Virus record (IMG/VR): IMGVR_UViG_3300045988_144346
Coordinates: 7,829-71,828 of that record
Source: a virus
DNA: 64,000 nt
Reading direction: 5' to 3' (one strand)
Below, in pieces: positions 1-8,545 of the stretch; the first letter of the stretch is position 1, and every line of letters begins with the position of its first letter. The position numbers were made by a program, and so were the translations under genes. The notes beneath the pieces are model-generated. The model was not told the origin of the DNA and did not search any database. It was given only the letters and a program-made list of their open reading frames with translations.

Positions 1-1
1 T

Positions 2-502
2 GAAATTCTTCCCTCCGTCCGCCAAACCGGAAGCTATTCCGCAAAGCCCATGACTCTGGCCGAGCAGGCTCTGGCACAGGCGCAGATTCTGGTTGACCAC
101 GAAAAGCAGCTTGCCGAGCTGTCGGAATCGGTGGACAAGCTCGAAAGGTTCAACGACGGCATCGTTGCCGTGCTCGCTCCGACCGCCGTATCGGATGGCT
201 GGCAGGAGCAGATGAACCGGAAGGTCCGGCAGTATTGCCTTGACTATGATCTGGATTACCGCGTCGCATTCAATCAGCTTTACATGACCGTAGAATCGTC
301 TACGCGCTCGGATCTGACGCGCCGTGTGGAAAACCGACGCAGGCGCATCCTGCAGAACGGCGGCACGAGAGCCGAAGCGGATAAGGTTACGAAACTCTCC
401 GTCATTGCTAATGACGCCGCTCTCCGCAACGCTTTCGACCTTGCGCTCAAGAATATGTGCGTCGCGTCCTACGCCCGCCACGGCGACGAAGTGGGGGTAT
501 AA
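2..502 (+). CDS. phage antirepressor, C-terminal part (end of Bro-N domain + ORF6C-like domain); 5' end outside window
   Basis: Frame is open from nt 2. EILPSVRQTGSYSAKPMT aligns with SEILPTLRKTGTYTARTMT of the full-length Bro-N protein at 61206-62018. WQEQMNRKVRQYCLDYDLDY and RRRRILQNGG align with its C-terminal half. Confidence 0.75.
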   Translation, partial: EILPSVRQTGSYSAKPMTLAEQALAQAQILVDHEKQLAELSESVDKLERFNDGIVAVLAPTAVSDGWQEQMNRKVRQYCLDYDLDYRVAFNQLYMTVESSTRSDLTRRVENRRRRILQNGGTRAEADKVTKLSVIANDAALRNAFDLALKNMCVASYARHGDEVGV

Positions 503-507
503 CTCCG

Positions 508-813
508 ATGAGCGAATCCGCTTCCCTTTTCCTCCAAGCCCAGCGCGATCAGCGCACCTTCCGCCGCGCCGCAGGGCTTCTTCAGATGCTCTCCGACCTG
601 ATCTTCTACACGCTCGACGATCTCGACCATCCTCTCGACCCGGAAGACGCAAAGCGCGTCTGCGAATACTGCGAAACGACCGTCAGTTATCTTTCGGAAG
701 ACATGGCCGCGCGGGAAAAGGAGATCGTCGCGCTCTCGTGCGGCGGCTCCGGGGAAAATTTTTCTTCCGGCGGCGGTTGCAAAACGCCTGTCTGCCCGGC
801 ATATAAAGCATAA
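508..813 (+). CDS. small phage protein, paralog of 62018-62221
   Basis: ATG lies 6 nt after the upstream stop. LLQMLSDLIFYTLDDLDHPLDPEDAKRV aligns with LADLLSDLLIYTLDEREKPVHPDDAQRV. The 3' tail reads through promoter-motif copy a. Confidence 0.6.
   Translation: MSESASLFLQAQRDQRTFRRAAGLLQMLSDLIFYTLDDLDHPLDPEDAKRVCEYCETTVSYLSEDMAAREKEIVALSCGGSGENFSSGGGCKTPVCPAYKA
775..805 (+). promoter_or_regulatory. conserved promoter-like motif, copy a
   Basis: GGTTGCAAAACGCCTGTCTGCCCGGCATATA: TTGCAA (777-782), 17 nt, CATATA (800-805). AAGGAGG RBS follows and the ATG is at 834. Confidence 0.55.
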
Positions 814-833
814 AGCAAAAGGAGGTCACGAAG

Positions 834-1793
834 ATGTTTGAAAATTACGATGAGGTTGTCAGAATGTTCACCGCGCAGATGCGCCGCAACGAGTGGACGG
901 AGGCGTCCATCGAAGCCTACACCGGCACGTTCCGCCGCTTCCGCGAGAGCATGGAGAAGAACGGCTTCTCTGAGTTCTGCCCGCAGTCGGTCGTCGCGTT
1001 CGTAGAGGACGGCAGCTGGTCCATCGTGACAACGGATCTGTACCTGACGCATCTTCGTGCGCTCTCCAAGTACGGTGTGTCCATCCGCATCTTCAGCGAA
1101 AATGCCGTGCCGGATGAGCTCCGTCCTCCCAAGCGCAAGCTCGCCGCAGCGCACAAGAAGGAATATTCCCACATTCTGGACGAGCAGCAGATCATGGCGC
1201 TTCTCAACGCCGAAGAGCCGGTGTATACCCGCAAGCCGCATACATGGCTTCGTGAGAAGGCCGAAGTTACGCTGCTCTTCCAGAGCGGTCTCCGCAACTC
1301 TGAGCTGCGCGCGCTCACTCCCGCCGACCTCTTCTGGGATAAGAAGGCCCTGTACGCCCGCGTAACGAAGGGAGATAAGCCCCGCGTAGTCCCGTTCCCC
1401 TCCGCTTCGCAGGAGGCTGTCAGAGCGTATCTGAGCTCCGGTATTCGCCCGGCGGACGCGGGGGACACCGAGCCGCTGTTCGGCTGCTGTGACCGTCTCA
1501 CAGGCGCGTGGAAGAGCTTGGAGCGTCAGCAGCTCTCCACGCTTATCAAGAACTATACCGCGTCCATTCTCGGCGAAGAAGCCTCCTGCCGTACCCACGC
1601 CATGCGCCACGCCTCCGCGTCGTTCCTGCTCGAAAAGGGTGCGCCCATCGAGAGCATTTCCGAAATCCTCGGCCATGCTCAGCCGTCTACGACGCGCATT
1701 TACGCGCAGCGCCTCACCAAGACAGCCCTTGCGGAAACGTTCAGCGATATCCTTGACGCGCCGGTCGCGCAGAGCGCTCTGCACGCCGTCTGA
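834..1793 (+). CDS. tyrosine recombinase (XerC/XerD-like phage integrase family)
   Basis: 319 aa. N-terminal SAM-like core-binding region. C-terminal HAMRHASASFLLEKGAPIESISEILGHAQPSTTRIYAQ (HxxR ... GH ... Y catalytic signature). Confidence 0.85.
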   Translation: MFENYDEVVRMFTAQMRRNEWTEASIEAYTGTFRRFRESMEKNGFSEFCPQSVVAFVEDGSWSIVTTDLYLTHLRALSKYGVSIRIFSENAVPDELRPPKRKLAAAHKKEYSHILDEQQIMALLNAEEPVYTRKPHTWLREKAEVTLLFQSGLRNSELRALTPADLFWDKKALYARVTKGDKPRVVPFPSASQEAVRAYLSSGIRPADAGDTEPLFGCCDRLTGAWKSLERQQLSTLIKNYTASILGEEASCRTHAMRHASASFLLEKGAPIESISEILGHAQPSTTRIYAQRLTKTALAETFSDILDAPVAQSALHAV

Positions 1794-1813
1794 CGCAGTT
1801 TTTAACGGAGGTA

Positions 1814-2872
1814 ATGTCCATGTACTACTTCGACCACGCCGCATCCACACCGACGTTGGAATGCGCCTTAGCGGCTTTTCTGCGGGCGCCAAAAGGAAAC
1901 CCGGACAGTGCGCACGCCGCAGGGCGAGCCGCAAAGAAGTCTTTGGAGGAATCCCGCGAAATTGTCGCCGCTTGTATCGGTGCAGAGCCGGAAGAGATTT
2001 ATTTCTGTTCCGGCGGCACAGAGGCGAACAATCTTGTGATTCACACTATGCTTAAGCACGGCGCCGTACTTTACGGCAATACATCCCATGCATCTGTCTG
2101 GAACATCCCGCAGTATGCCGTGAACCGCCCGGCGTTGGGGATTTCCGTTCCCTATGTGAACAACGAAACCGGGGAAGTCCTCTCCAGAAAACGCATCGCA
2201 GGGTATCACGCAGAGTATCCGCTCCTGCACCTGGACGGTGTAGCCGCTGTCGGTCAGATCAACGTATTTGTAAGAAGATTCGATTGCGACTATCTGACCG
2301 CCGCAGGGCATAAATTCGGCGCTCCGCAGGGCATCGGGTTTATCTATGTCAGGAAAAATTCGCCGCCGATCTCTCCGCTTTTCCATGGCGGCGGACAGGA
2401 AAACCGTGCTCGTCCCGGAACGCCGTCCGTGGCTCTTGCCGCGGCTATGGCCGCCGCGCTCAAATACCGCCTCGAAAACATGCGCATGAATCTTGAACGG
2501 ATGTATTCGGTCCGTGACTACATTATTGACAATGCGCCGTCCATAGAAGGATGCCATATAAACGTGGAAGACTTTGGTTGGGATATTGTTCCGCATATTA
2601 TCTCCATCCGGTTCGACGGTATCCCGTCCGCGCAGATCCTCCCCCTGCTCGATGCGCAGGGTGTCTGCTGTTCTGCCGGCAGCGCGTGTTCCGCCGGCAG
2701 CCGGGAGCCGTCCCGTGTGCTTATAGCCAGCGGATTGTCGGAAAAAGAGGCGCTGGAGACCGTGCGTATCTCTATCTGCCCGGAGACAACGCAGCACGAT
2801 GCGGAGATCCTGCTTTCCGCACTGAAAAACGCCGTGGAAAAACTCAGAAAATTATTACCTCGGGCGCGTTAA
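1814..2872 (+). CDS. class V aminotransferase / NifS-IscS-like cysteine desulfurase (short, 352 aa)
   Basis: YFDHAASTP start, GGTEANN, PLP-lysine context AAGHKFGAPQGIGF, catalytic-loop motif SAGSACSAGSREPSRVL. The ATG at 1820 is an alternative start. Confidence 0.8.
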   Translation: MSMYYFDHAASTPTLECALAAFLRAPKGNPDSAHAAGRAAKKSLEESREIVAACIGAEPEEIYFCSGGTEANNLVIHTMLKHGAVLYGNTSHASVWNIPQYAVNRPALGISVPYVNNETGEVLSRKRIAGYHAEYPLLHLDGVAAVGQINVFVRRFDCDYLTAAGHKFGAPQGIGFIYVRKNSPPISPLFHGGGQENRARPGTPSVALAAAMAAALKYRLENMRMNLERMYSVRDYIIDNAPSIEGCHINVEDFGWDIVPHIISIRFDGIPSAQILPLLDAQGVCCSAGSACSAGSREPSRVLIASGLSEKEALETVRISICPETTQHDAEILLSALKNAVEKLRKLLPRAR

Positions 2873-2890
2873 TCCTTTATAATAATTTCA

Positions 2891-2919
2891 GAAAAAAGGG
2901 AGCCCTTCGGCTCCCTTTT
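2891..2919. terminator. bidirectional rho-independent terminator between convergent genes
   Basis: AAAAAAGGGAGCC-TTCG-GGCTCCCTTTTT: perfect 7-bp GC stem flanked by an A-run and a T-run. Confidence 0.8.
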
Positions 2920-3705
2920 TCACATAGTTACAACGATTTCCTTGCGTTTCCCCGTCAGCGTGATCGTCTGCACGGCATGGCTGGACGGCAGGAGCATCTT
3001 TTGTGCCGCATAGCCGCCGAAATTTAACCAGCTCGTCGTGGACACCACCTTGAACGGGCGCATAGACACCGTATTGTTATACGGGTTTATCTTGATCTTG
3101 CTCGGCTGCGTAACGAACGGCTTGTGCGTGTGCCCCACAATGAGGCAGTCCATTCCGTCGATGACGTAGCCGAAGCGCTCGTTGCGGTTCACTGCCGCGC
3201 CGGTATAAATGCCGCCTCCGGCGCCGTGCGTGGCCACGATGGTATACGTCGGGTTTGTCAGCCCGTCGGCTCTCGCTTTCCCCATCTGGATCTTGATGAA
3301 CGCGATATTCTCGCGGTACAGGTGCTCCAAATCGAGCTTGCACATGATATCGTAGCTCGGATCGTCATCCGCGTCCTTCAGACTGCGCCGCTCGTGGTTC
3401 CCGCTCACGCTGGCAAGAATACGGTCACGCAGCGGCATAAGCATCTGCGTCATCATCTTTTTCTGCTCGCGGGGGCGCATCGTCTCTTCAAAAACGTTGG
3501 ATACGCTGTTGCGCGTGGCGTTGTTGATAAGATCGCCAACAAGGATAATACGGACACCGGGATTGGAAAGGACGCTCTCGCAGAAGGACGCCCATTCCTT
3601 CTCCATGTGTTCAGCAGCACCCAAATGTACGTCGCTGATGGGAATGATTGTCAGATCCGGTCGGTCTTCAAACCGGTGTACGACCATCTCAAAATCCGGA
3701 AGCAT
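2920..3705 (-). CDS. calcineurin-like metallophosphoesterase
   Basis: Motifs ISDVHLG, VGDLINN, SGNHE, VGHTH in canonical order. Last gene of the minus-strand late operon. Confidence 0.8.
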   Translation of the reverse strand: MLPDFEMVVHRFEDRPDLTIIPISDVHLGAAEHMEKEWASFCESVLSNPGVRIILVGDLINNATRNSVSNVFEETMRPREQKKMMTQMLMPLRDRILASVSGNHERRSLKDADDDPSYDIMCKLDLEHLYRENIAFIKIQMGKARADGLTNPTYTIVATHGAGGGIYTGAAVNRNERFGYVIDGMDCLIVGHTHKPFVTQPSKIKINPYNNTVSMRPFKVVSTTSWLNFGGYAAQKMLLPSSHAVQTITLTGKRKEIVVTM

Positions 3706-3740
3706 AAATCCGTCGCTCCTTATGTCGTTTCGTCTGCGTG

Positions 3741-4478
3741 TCAGGCAAGCAGCCGGTTCACCTCGTCCTGCACGGCCTTAATGAACCATGCGGCGAGCGC
3801 GTCCTTGCGAGCCTGTCCGTTGCCCCACTTTCCGGCGATGACCTCGCGGGCCTTTGCCGTGATGAACGGGTCAACCGTCGTCTCCACGGCGGGCTTCTCG
3901 GGTTCCGGCTGCGGCGTCGGTGCCGGTGCCGGTTCAGGTGCGGGCTGCGGCTCTGCGCCGTCCGCCTTACTCGCAAAGTCGGGGCAGCCATAGCCACGGA
4001 TGAAGCGGTCATTCACAGCAAGCACACGCTTGTTCACGGCGTTGGCGTTGTTGCCCTCAATGATGGTCATGTTCTTGCCGTCACAGTCGAGCACGATGCC
4101 CACATGGTCTGGGTGGCCGATGTTGTCGGTAGTGGCGTAGTTCGTTGCGCTGTCCTGCCAGTCGTAAAAAACGACATCGGCAGGAGATGGGACGTAAGCA
4201 TCATCCTCCACCCAGCGGTCCAGCTCCTGATAGAGCCGCACCATGCCCGGGCAGCCGCACTCGGTCGGCATGATGTCGCGCAGGCCGAGCTGTAGGGAGA
4301 CCGTGGACACGAACGCCGCGCACCAAAAATCGGTGACTTTCATTTTCCAGCCGCGGGGCAGCGGGCGCTGCGCATTGTAAATTGCCAACATCTCGAGATG
4401 CTTTGCAGTGTTCTCGCGCGTCCCCAGCCACGCAAGAGCGGTGGACACGACTTTCTGTCGAAGTTCGGTTTCTGTCAT
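3741..4478 (-). CDS. endolysin: N-terminal CHAP/NlpC-P60-type Cys-His peptidase/amidase, Pro-rich linker, C-terminal CW_7 (Cpl-7-like) wall-binding repeat
   Basis: DFWCAAFV (Cys), GHPDHVGIV (His), EGNN. PEPAPAPTPQPEPE linker. VIAGKWGNGQARKDAL...VQDEVNRLL matches the CW_7 signature. Confidence 0.8.
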   Translation of the reverse strand: MTETELRQKVVSTALAWLGTRENTAKHLEMLAIYNAQRPLPRGWKMKVTDFWCAAFVSTVSLQLGLRDIMPTECGCPGMVRLYQELDRWVEDDAYVPSPADVVFYDWQDSATNYATTDNIGHPDHVGIVLDCDGKNMTIIEGNNANAVNKRVLAVNDRFIRGYGCPDFASKADGAEPQPAPEPAPAPTPQPEPEKPAVETTVDPFITAKAREVIAGKWGNGQARKDALAAWFIKAVQDEVNRLLA

Positions 4479-4603
4479 TACGTTACCTCCGTTGTGGGTG
4501 TGTTGTTCGTCTTTGTTACGGTGTTCACGCCACGACCGATGGCAAACCGCGCCGTGTCGCCGCGCGTCAGGTGGATGGTGTTGTCCTTATCCACTGTGAG
4601 CAC
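4478..4603 (-). CDS. possible 41-aa ORF (GTG start) upstream of endolysin; no TM segment
   Basis: GGAGGAG RBS 7 nt before the GTG. The stop overlaps the endolysin ATG (TAATG). Below the size cutoff of the ORF track. Confidence 0.3.
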   Translation of the reverse strand: MLTVDKDNTIHLTRGDTARFAIGRGVNTVTKTNNTPTTEVT

Positions 4604-4617
4604 TATTTCTCTCCTCC

Positions 4618-5124
4618 TTATGGATTGGCTTTGACAAGGGCTTCTTTTGCCGTTCCGTTGACATTCAGCAGAACGCGCGTCACTTGTTTCGCCGCGCCGT
4701 TCACGTTCAAATACAGCACATCGCCGAGCAGCGCCGGAGCAGTCAGCTTGACCGTGCCGTTGCTTTGGCTGGAAGAGGTGTCTGCTGCTCCGTAAACAAC
4801 GGTGATTTCCGTCCCCGCATCAGCTTCTCCAACGAAATACCAATACGTTGGCGTTTTGGGGAGATTGCCGGGCGTTTCAGCTGTCCCCCGAACACTTCCG
4901 ATGTCGCAGCGGAGATATAAGCTGCCGTACTCCGGATGATTGCCGTAAGAACCGCCGCTTGGGGACACCAAAACACGGACGGCAAACTGTTTCCCTTCCA
5001 GCCTTGCAATAGAGTATTCGCCGCTCAGTACAAACCAGTTCTGCTCAAAAAAGTTTGTCTTTGTGATCGTCTGCTCCCACGCGCTGCCGCTTGGAAGCTC
5101 TGGCGCTGTTTTGCTCCATGCCAT
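4618..5124 (-). CDS. hypothetical tail-fibre-region protein (168 aa)
   Basis: Start MAWSK with GAGGTGA RBS, directly after the stop of 5135-5728. The track ORF is over-extended to 5265. Confidence 0.6.
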   Translation of the reverse strand: MAWSKTAPELPSGSAWEQTITKTNFFEQNWFVLSGEYSIARLEGKQFAVRVLVSPSGGSYGNHPEYGSLYLRCDIGSVRGTAETPGNLPKTPTYWYFVGEADAGTEITVVYGAADTSSSQSNGTVKLTAPALLGDVLYLNVNGAAKQVTRVLLNVNGTAKEALVKANP

Positions 5125-5134
5125 CCCGCTCACC

Positions 5135-5728
5135 TCACACAGAATACTGTAGGTATATGTCGCCCGGCTGCCAAGCGGCGGGCGGCGTTTCGCTCGTCCC
5201 GGTGTAGATGTGCCGCACCTGATCGGCGGAAAGCCCGAACTTCGTATACGGGATATCGTCTGCAAGCTGCCCCGCGCCGACCGTCTTGTCCGCGATTTTC
5301 TCCGCCGTAACGGCCTTTCCGCCGAGATTCGCCGTGCCTACCGCGCCATTGGCGTTGGACAGCGCTCCAAGATTTGCCAGCGCCGCTGCCGCCGTCGTTG
5401 CGCCCGTGCCGCCGTTTGCCACGCTGATGGGGTAATCCACCGCCGTTTTCACAATAAAAACGTAAGTGGAGTTGTCCGAAAGCGTGGCGGTGTACTCCAT
5501 ACCATCGGCAGTTTCGCCGGTTTTGGCAAAGCTCCGGATGCCGACCGTCGCCGCCACCCAGTATGTCTGCCAGGTGGGCGAAACGCCCGGTTCGATATTC
5601 GAGCAGCCCCGCTTGCACAGATAGGAACCGCCGTTGTGCGTGACAAGATTCAGCGGCGCGTAAGACGCCGCCGCGCTGTACGCGCCCTTGCTGACTATCG
5701 CAGCCTGTCCGAGATTAACTGTTGCCAT
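5135..5728 (-). CDS. tail fibre-like protein
   Basis: ISVANGGTGATTAAAALANLGA, the GGTGATTAA(G)ARxNLG signature common in phage tail-fibre proteins. Lies in the fibre cluster. Confidence 0.6.
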   Translation of the reverse strand: MATVNLGQAAIVSKGAYSAAASYAPLNLVTHNGGSYLCKRGCSNIEPGVSPTWQTYWVAATVGIRSFAKTGETADGMEYTATLSDNSTYVFIVKTAVDYPISVANGGTGATTAAAALANLGALSNANGAVGTANLGGKAVTAEKIADKTVGAGQLADDIPYTKFGLSADQVRHIYTGTSETPPAAWQPGDIYLQYSV

Positions 5729-5748
5729 GTTCGTTTCTCCTTGTACAT

Positions 5749-6096
5749 TTAAACACTCGCCGAAACGATACCTGTCTCGGCATCAAGTGACATGACGGCA
5801 ATGTTGAAATTGCCCGCCGCCGTTTGGATAAGACCGCCATCGTCGCTGAGCGACAGAACGGAACCTTCCGTATATGGGTCAAAGTGGCTCCAGAGAAGCG
5901 CCCCCGTTTCGATATCGATATCCAGCATCGTATATATCACGCGGTCGTCGATGACCGGGGCGATTTTCCGGATGAGCGTCGCCATGCCGTCGAGCATCGT
6001 CCCGCTCGGCACCGTGACGCCCTGTTCCTCTATGGCAGCCGCTATGTCTGCCTTGGCGCTGTTTATCCGGTCGATTTGTGAAGGAATACCGGGCAT
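5749..6096 (-). CDS. small tail fibre-associated protein sharing a C-terminal module with 8546-10426
   Basis: C-terminus ETGALLWSHFDPYTEGSVLSLSDDGGLIQTAAGNF..LDAETGIVSASV parallels ATGRLLWTTDTPYENGSVLSLNEDGELLQTANGSF..LDADTGTLTATV. Confidence 0.55.
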   Translation of the reverse strand: MPGIPSQIDRINSAKADIAAAIEEQGVTVPSGTMLDGMATLIRKIAPVIDDRVIYTMLDIDIETGALLWSHFDPYTEGSVLSLSDDGGLIQTAAGNFNIAVMSLDAETGIVSASV

Positions 6097-6114
6097 TGGC
6101 TTCCCCTCCTTCGT

Positions 6115-7011
6115 TTAAATGGCCGCCAGCGCCTTTTCGATGTCGTCCGTCAGAGATACCGTTCCGCTGCCGGAATGCTTTCCGGCCGGTATGGTATAAC
6201 TCGTAACGGTCAGTCCGTCGATGGTCGCCGTGACCGTTCCCTGATCCGGCATCGTGCCTTCGACCTCCACGGCGTTCCCGTTGGCGTCAAGGGAAATGGC
6301 CGTTTCCCCTGCAAGGATGTCTCCGGCCTCCGCCGTTGCGTTGGAGGCGTCGCCGAATTTTGCGGGAATAGCTTCCACAGTGAACTTGCTGATTACCTTG
6401 CCCGCCGTCGGCGTCATGGTCTGCGCCGTTGTTTTCGGTGTGGCGGTCTTTTCTTCCAGAACAATGCTCACCTTGCCGGAGCCGGAATGGTTGCCTTTTG
6501 GGATGGTGTAAGACTGCTTCCCCGTAGTAGCATCCAGCGTGGCCGTCACCGTTCCGTTTTCCGGCAGAGTACCGGCGATGGTCTTGCCCGTCGCGTCAAC
6601 GATGATCTTGTTGACGAGAACGTCCGCCGCCGTCGCGGTAACGCCGCTCACGTTCTGGTACGCATCCGGTATGGGCTTTACCGTCACGGACGACAGGCCG
6701 TATTTACCGGCGTCCGGCGTAACGCTCTGCTGGCTTTTTGTCGGAGTGATCTCCTTCGCCTGAAGCACATAGTTGCCGCCACCTGCCACGCCGAGGACCG
6801 TTCCGGAACCGTTGTGGTATCCGGCAGGGATCGTGTAGCTGTCGCCCTCCTTGACTTCGGCGGACACGGCGCCGTTGTTCACAATGCCCGCGATCGCCGT
6901 GGCCAGCTTGTCCAGCGTATCGGCCGACAGCGCAAGCCCAAGGTCGATCAGTTTGTCGCGGATCGTGTTGCGTGCGGTCTGTATTCTGGTGATTTCCGTG
7001 GATGTGGACAC
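6115..7011 (-). CDS. tail fibre protein with three internal repeats
   Basis: Three repeat modules each ending YTIPAGYHNGSGTV / YTIPKGNHSGSGKV / YTIPAGKHSGSGTV. The N-terminal helix resembles that of 5749-6096. Confidence 0.55.
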   Translation of the reverse strand: MSTSTEITRIQTARNTIRDKLIDLGLALSADTLDKLATAIAGIVNNGAVSAEVKEGDSYTIPAGYHNGSGTVLGVAGGGNYVLQAKEITPTKSQQSVTPDAGKYGLSSVTVKPIPDAYQNVSGVTATAADVLVNKIIVDATGKTIAGTLPENGTVTATLDATTGKQSYTIPKGNHSGSGKVSIVLEEKTATPKTTAQTMTPTAGKVISKFTVEAIPAKFGDASNATAEAGDILAGETAISLDANGNAVEVEGTMPDQGTVTATIDGLTVTSYTIPAGKHSGSGTVSLTDDIEKALAAI

Positions 7012-7023
7012 GTTGTTCCCTCC

Positions 7024-8532
7024 TTATATTTCCGCAAGCAGCGCGTTGATGTTCCCTATGGATTCGCTGACCGCTGCCGATGTGATGGGGTGTTCGTTGC
7101 CTTCCTCCGGTGTCTGCGCCTTCACGAGGCTCACAACGCCGTTCTCTGTGGAGAAATCGTCGCTGAACGTGAGATCCGTATCGATGCCGGGGTTCGGCTT
7201 GGGATCGTCGGGGTTCTCCGGATTATCGGGGCTCGGCGCCGTGCCGGAAATGACGTCGGCAACAATCGTTATCTGCGGATAGTCGTTCACGCTTACCGCG
7301 TTGATCGTCATCGTTCCCTGCTGTCCGAGCGGGCGGGTGAACCCCTGTACAACGAACCGCTCCGCGGGGTGTCCCTGCTTGTCGTTGCGCACCACCGTCA
7401 CGATCTCGTTTTCCACAATGTGGAACATCTGTGTTGAGGTAATCGCCACCTCTTTCGTGAGCGCCGTGGTTCGCTTCAGTTTCCACTCTGCATAATCGCG
7501 GCATATCTCGTCCGAATAGTAGTTCGGCATTTCGAGCCGCTGCGTCTTTAGCCCGATGCGGCTGATGCAGGTGTCGGAGGCAGGGTCGCGGTTCTGCACC
7601 CGCGCCCGCGCCGTCCGTCCTTCGTCAGATGTTGCCCCCGCAACAATGATGTCGTTGTAGACCTCTGTATTCCGGAATGTATACTCCGCGCCGAGAAACT
7701 GCTTTTCTGCGTCGGTGAAGTTCCACAGCACCGGCTTCGTAGCGTCGGCGATATCGTCCTGCGATGGGTCAACAATGAGCCTTCCGATATGGTTATACCC
7801 CACCCACGCCGCCAGCATCTCGCACAGCCCCAGAACCACGTCTGCAAGCGTTTCATTGTCTGCGGAAAGGTATGTATATGGCGTCGTCGTAAGCGGCCAC
7901 AGCGTGCCGTCTGAGAGCGTCTGCGTCATGTGGTTGTAATAGCCGGTAAAGATCGGCTTGGTCGCATCGAGAGGGCTCGTCCCGTTGTTGTCCATCGTGA
8001 ACCGGTCGAGCCGGAGCACGGAGTCGATGGCCTCGAAAATGTTGCTTCCCGCCGCCACCGAGTACGCCCCTTCCAGATTCCCTCGGAGCGTGCCGTCCAG
8101 ATTCGCCCATTTGTCCGTCAAATGGTAGGTAACGGTCTTCGTGTCCGGCGTGACGGTTTCCTTCGGCGTGACGATCTCGAAGATCCCCTGCGGGATGAGA
8201 TATTCCGTCCCGTCCGGCAGAAGCAGCCCTTCCAGAATGCGGATCTGCTGTCCGAACCATATCTGCCCCACAGCGTAGTTGTATTCTTCGTCCAGATTGG
8301 AAAGCGTGATATCCGCCTGTCGGCGCGCGCCGTTCTGAAGATTGCAGGCGATAGATCCCTGCTGCAGGAACGCGCCCGACCGCCGGTTTTTGTAGTCGTT
8401 GTCGAGCGCGTATCCCACACTGCCGCTCGGTGTCAGAAATTCCAGGCGCGTCACCTTTGTAAAGTCGGTCTTCAGCGCGTTCAGATACGCCGCATACCGG
8501 TTCTCCGCGCCGATAATCGTTTTGTCGCTCAT
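7024..8532 (-). CDS. tail tip / baseplate hub-like minor structural protein
   Basis: 502 aa. Two genes downstream of the tape measure. The N-terminal region resembles siphovirus Tal/gp37-like proteins (recognition by eye only). Confidence 0.5.
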   Translation of the reverse strand: MSDKTIIGAENRYAAYLNALKTDFTKVTRLEFLTPSGSVGYALDNDYKNRRSGAFLQQGSIACNLQNGARRQADITLSNLDEEYNYAVGQIWFGQQIRILEGLLLPDGTEYLIPQGIFEIVTPKETVTPDTKTVTYHLTDKWANLDGTLRGNLEGAYSVAAGSNIFEAIDSVLRLDRFTMDNNGTSPLDATKPIFTGYYNHMTQTLSDGTLWPLTTTPYTYLSADNETLADVVLGLCEMLAAWVGYNHIGRLIVDPSQDDIADATKPVLWNFTDAEKQFLGAEYTFRNTEVYNDIIVAGATSDEGRTARARVQNRDPASDTCISRIGLKTQRLEMPNYYSDEICRDYAEWKLKRTTALTKEVAITSTQMFHIVENEIVTVVRNDKQGHPAERFVVQGFTRPLGQQGTMTINAVSVNDYPQITIVADVISGTAPSPDNPENPDDPKPNPGIDTDLTFSDDFSTENGVVSLVKAQTPEEGNEHPITSAAVSESIGNINALLAEI

Positions 8533-8545
8533 GCCGCCTCCCTCC

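Noticed and set aside
687-1934. 415-aa minus-strand ORF covering the recombinase locus.
   Set aside because: It is antisense to a gene with clear tyrosine-recombinase catalytic motifs, and it has no RBS or motif of its own.
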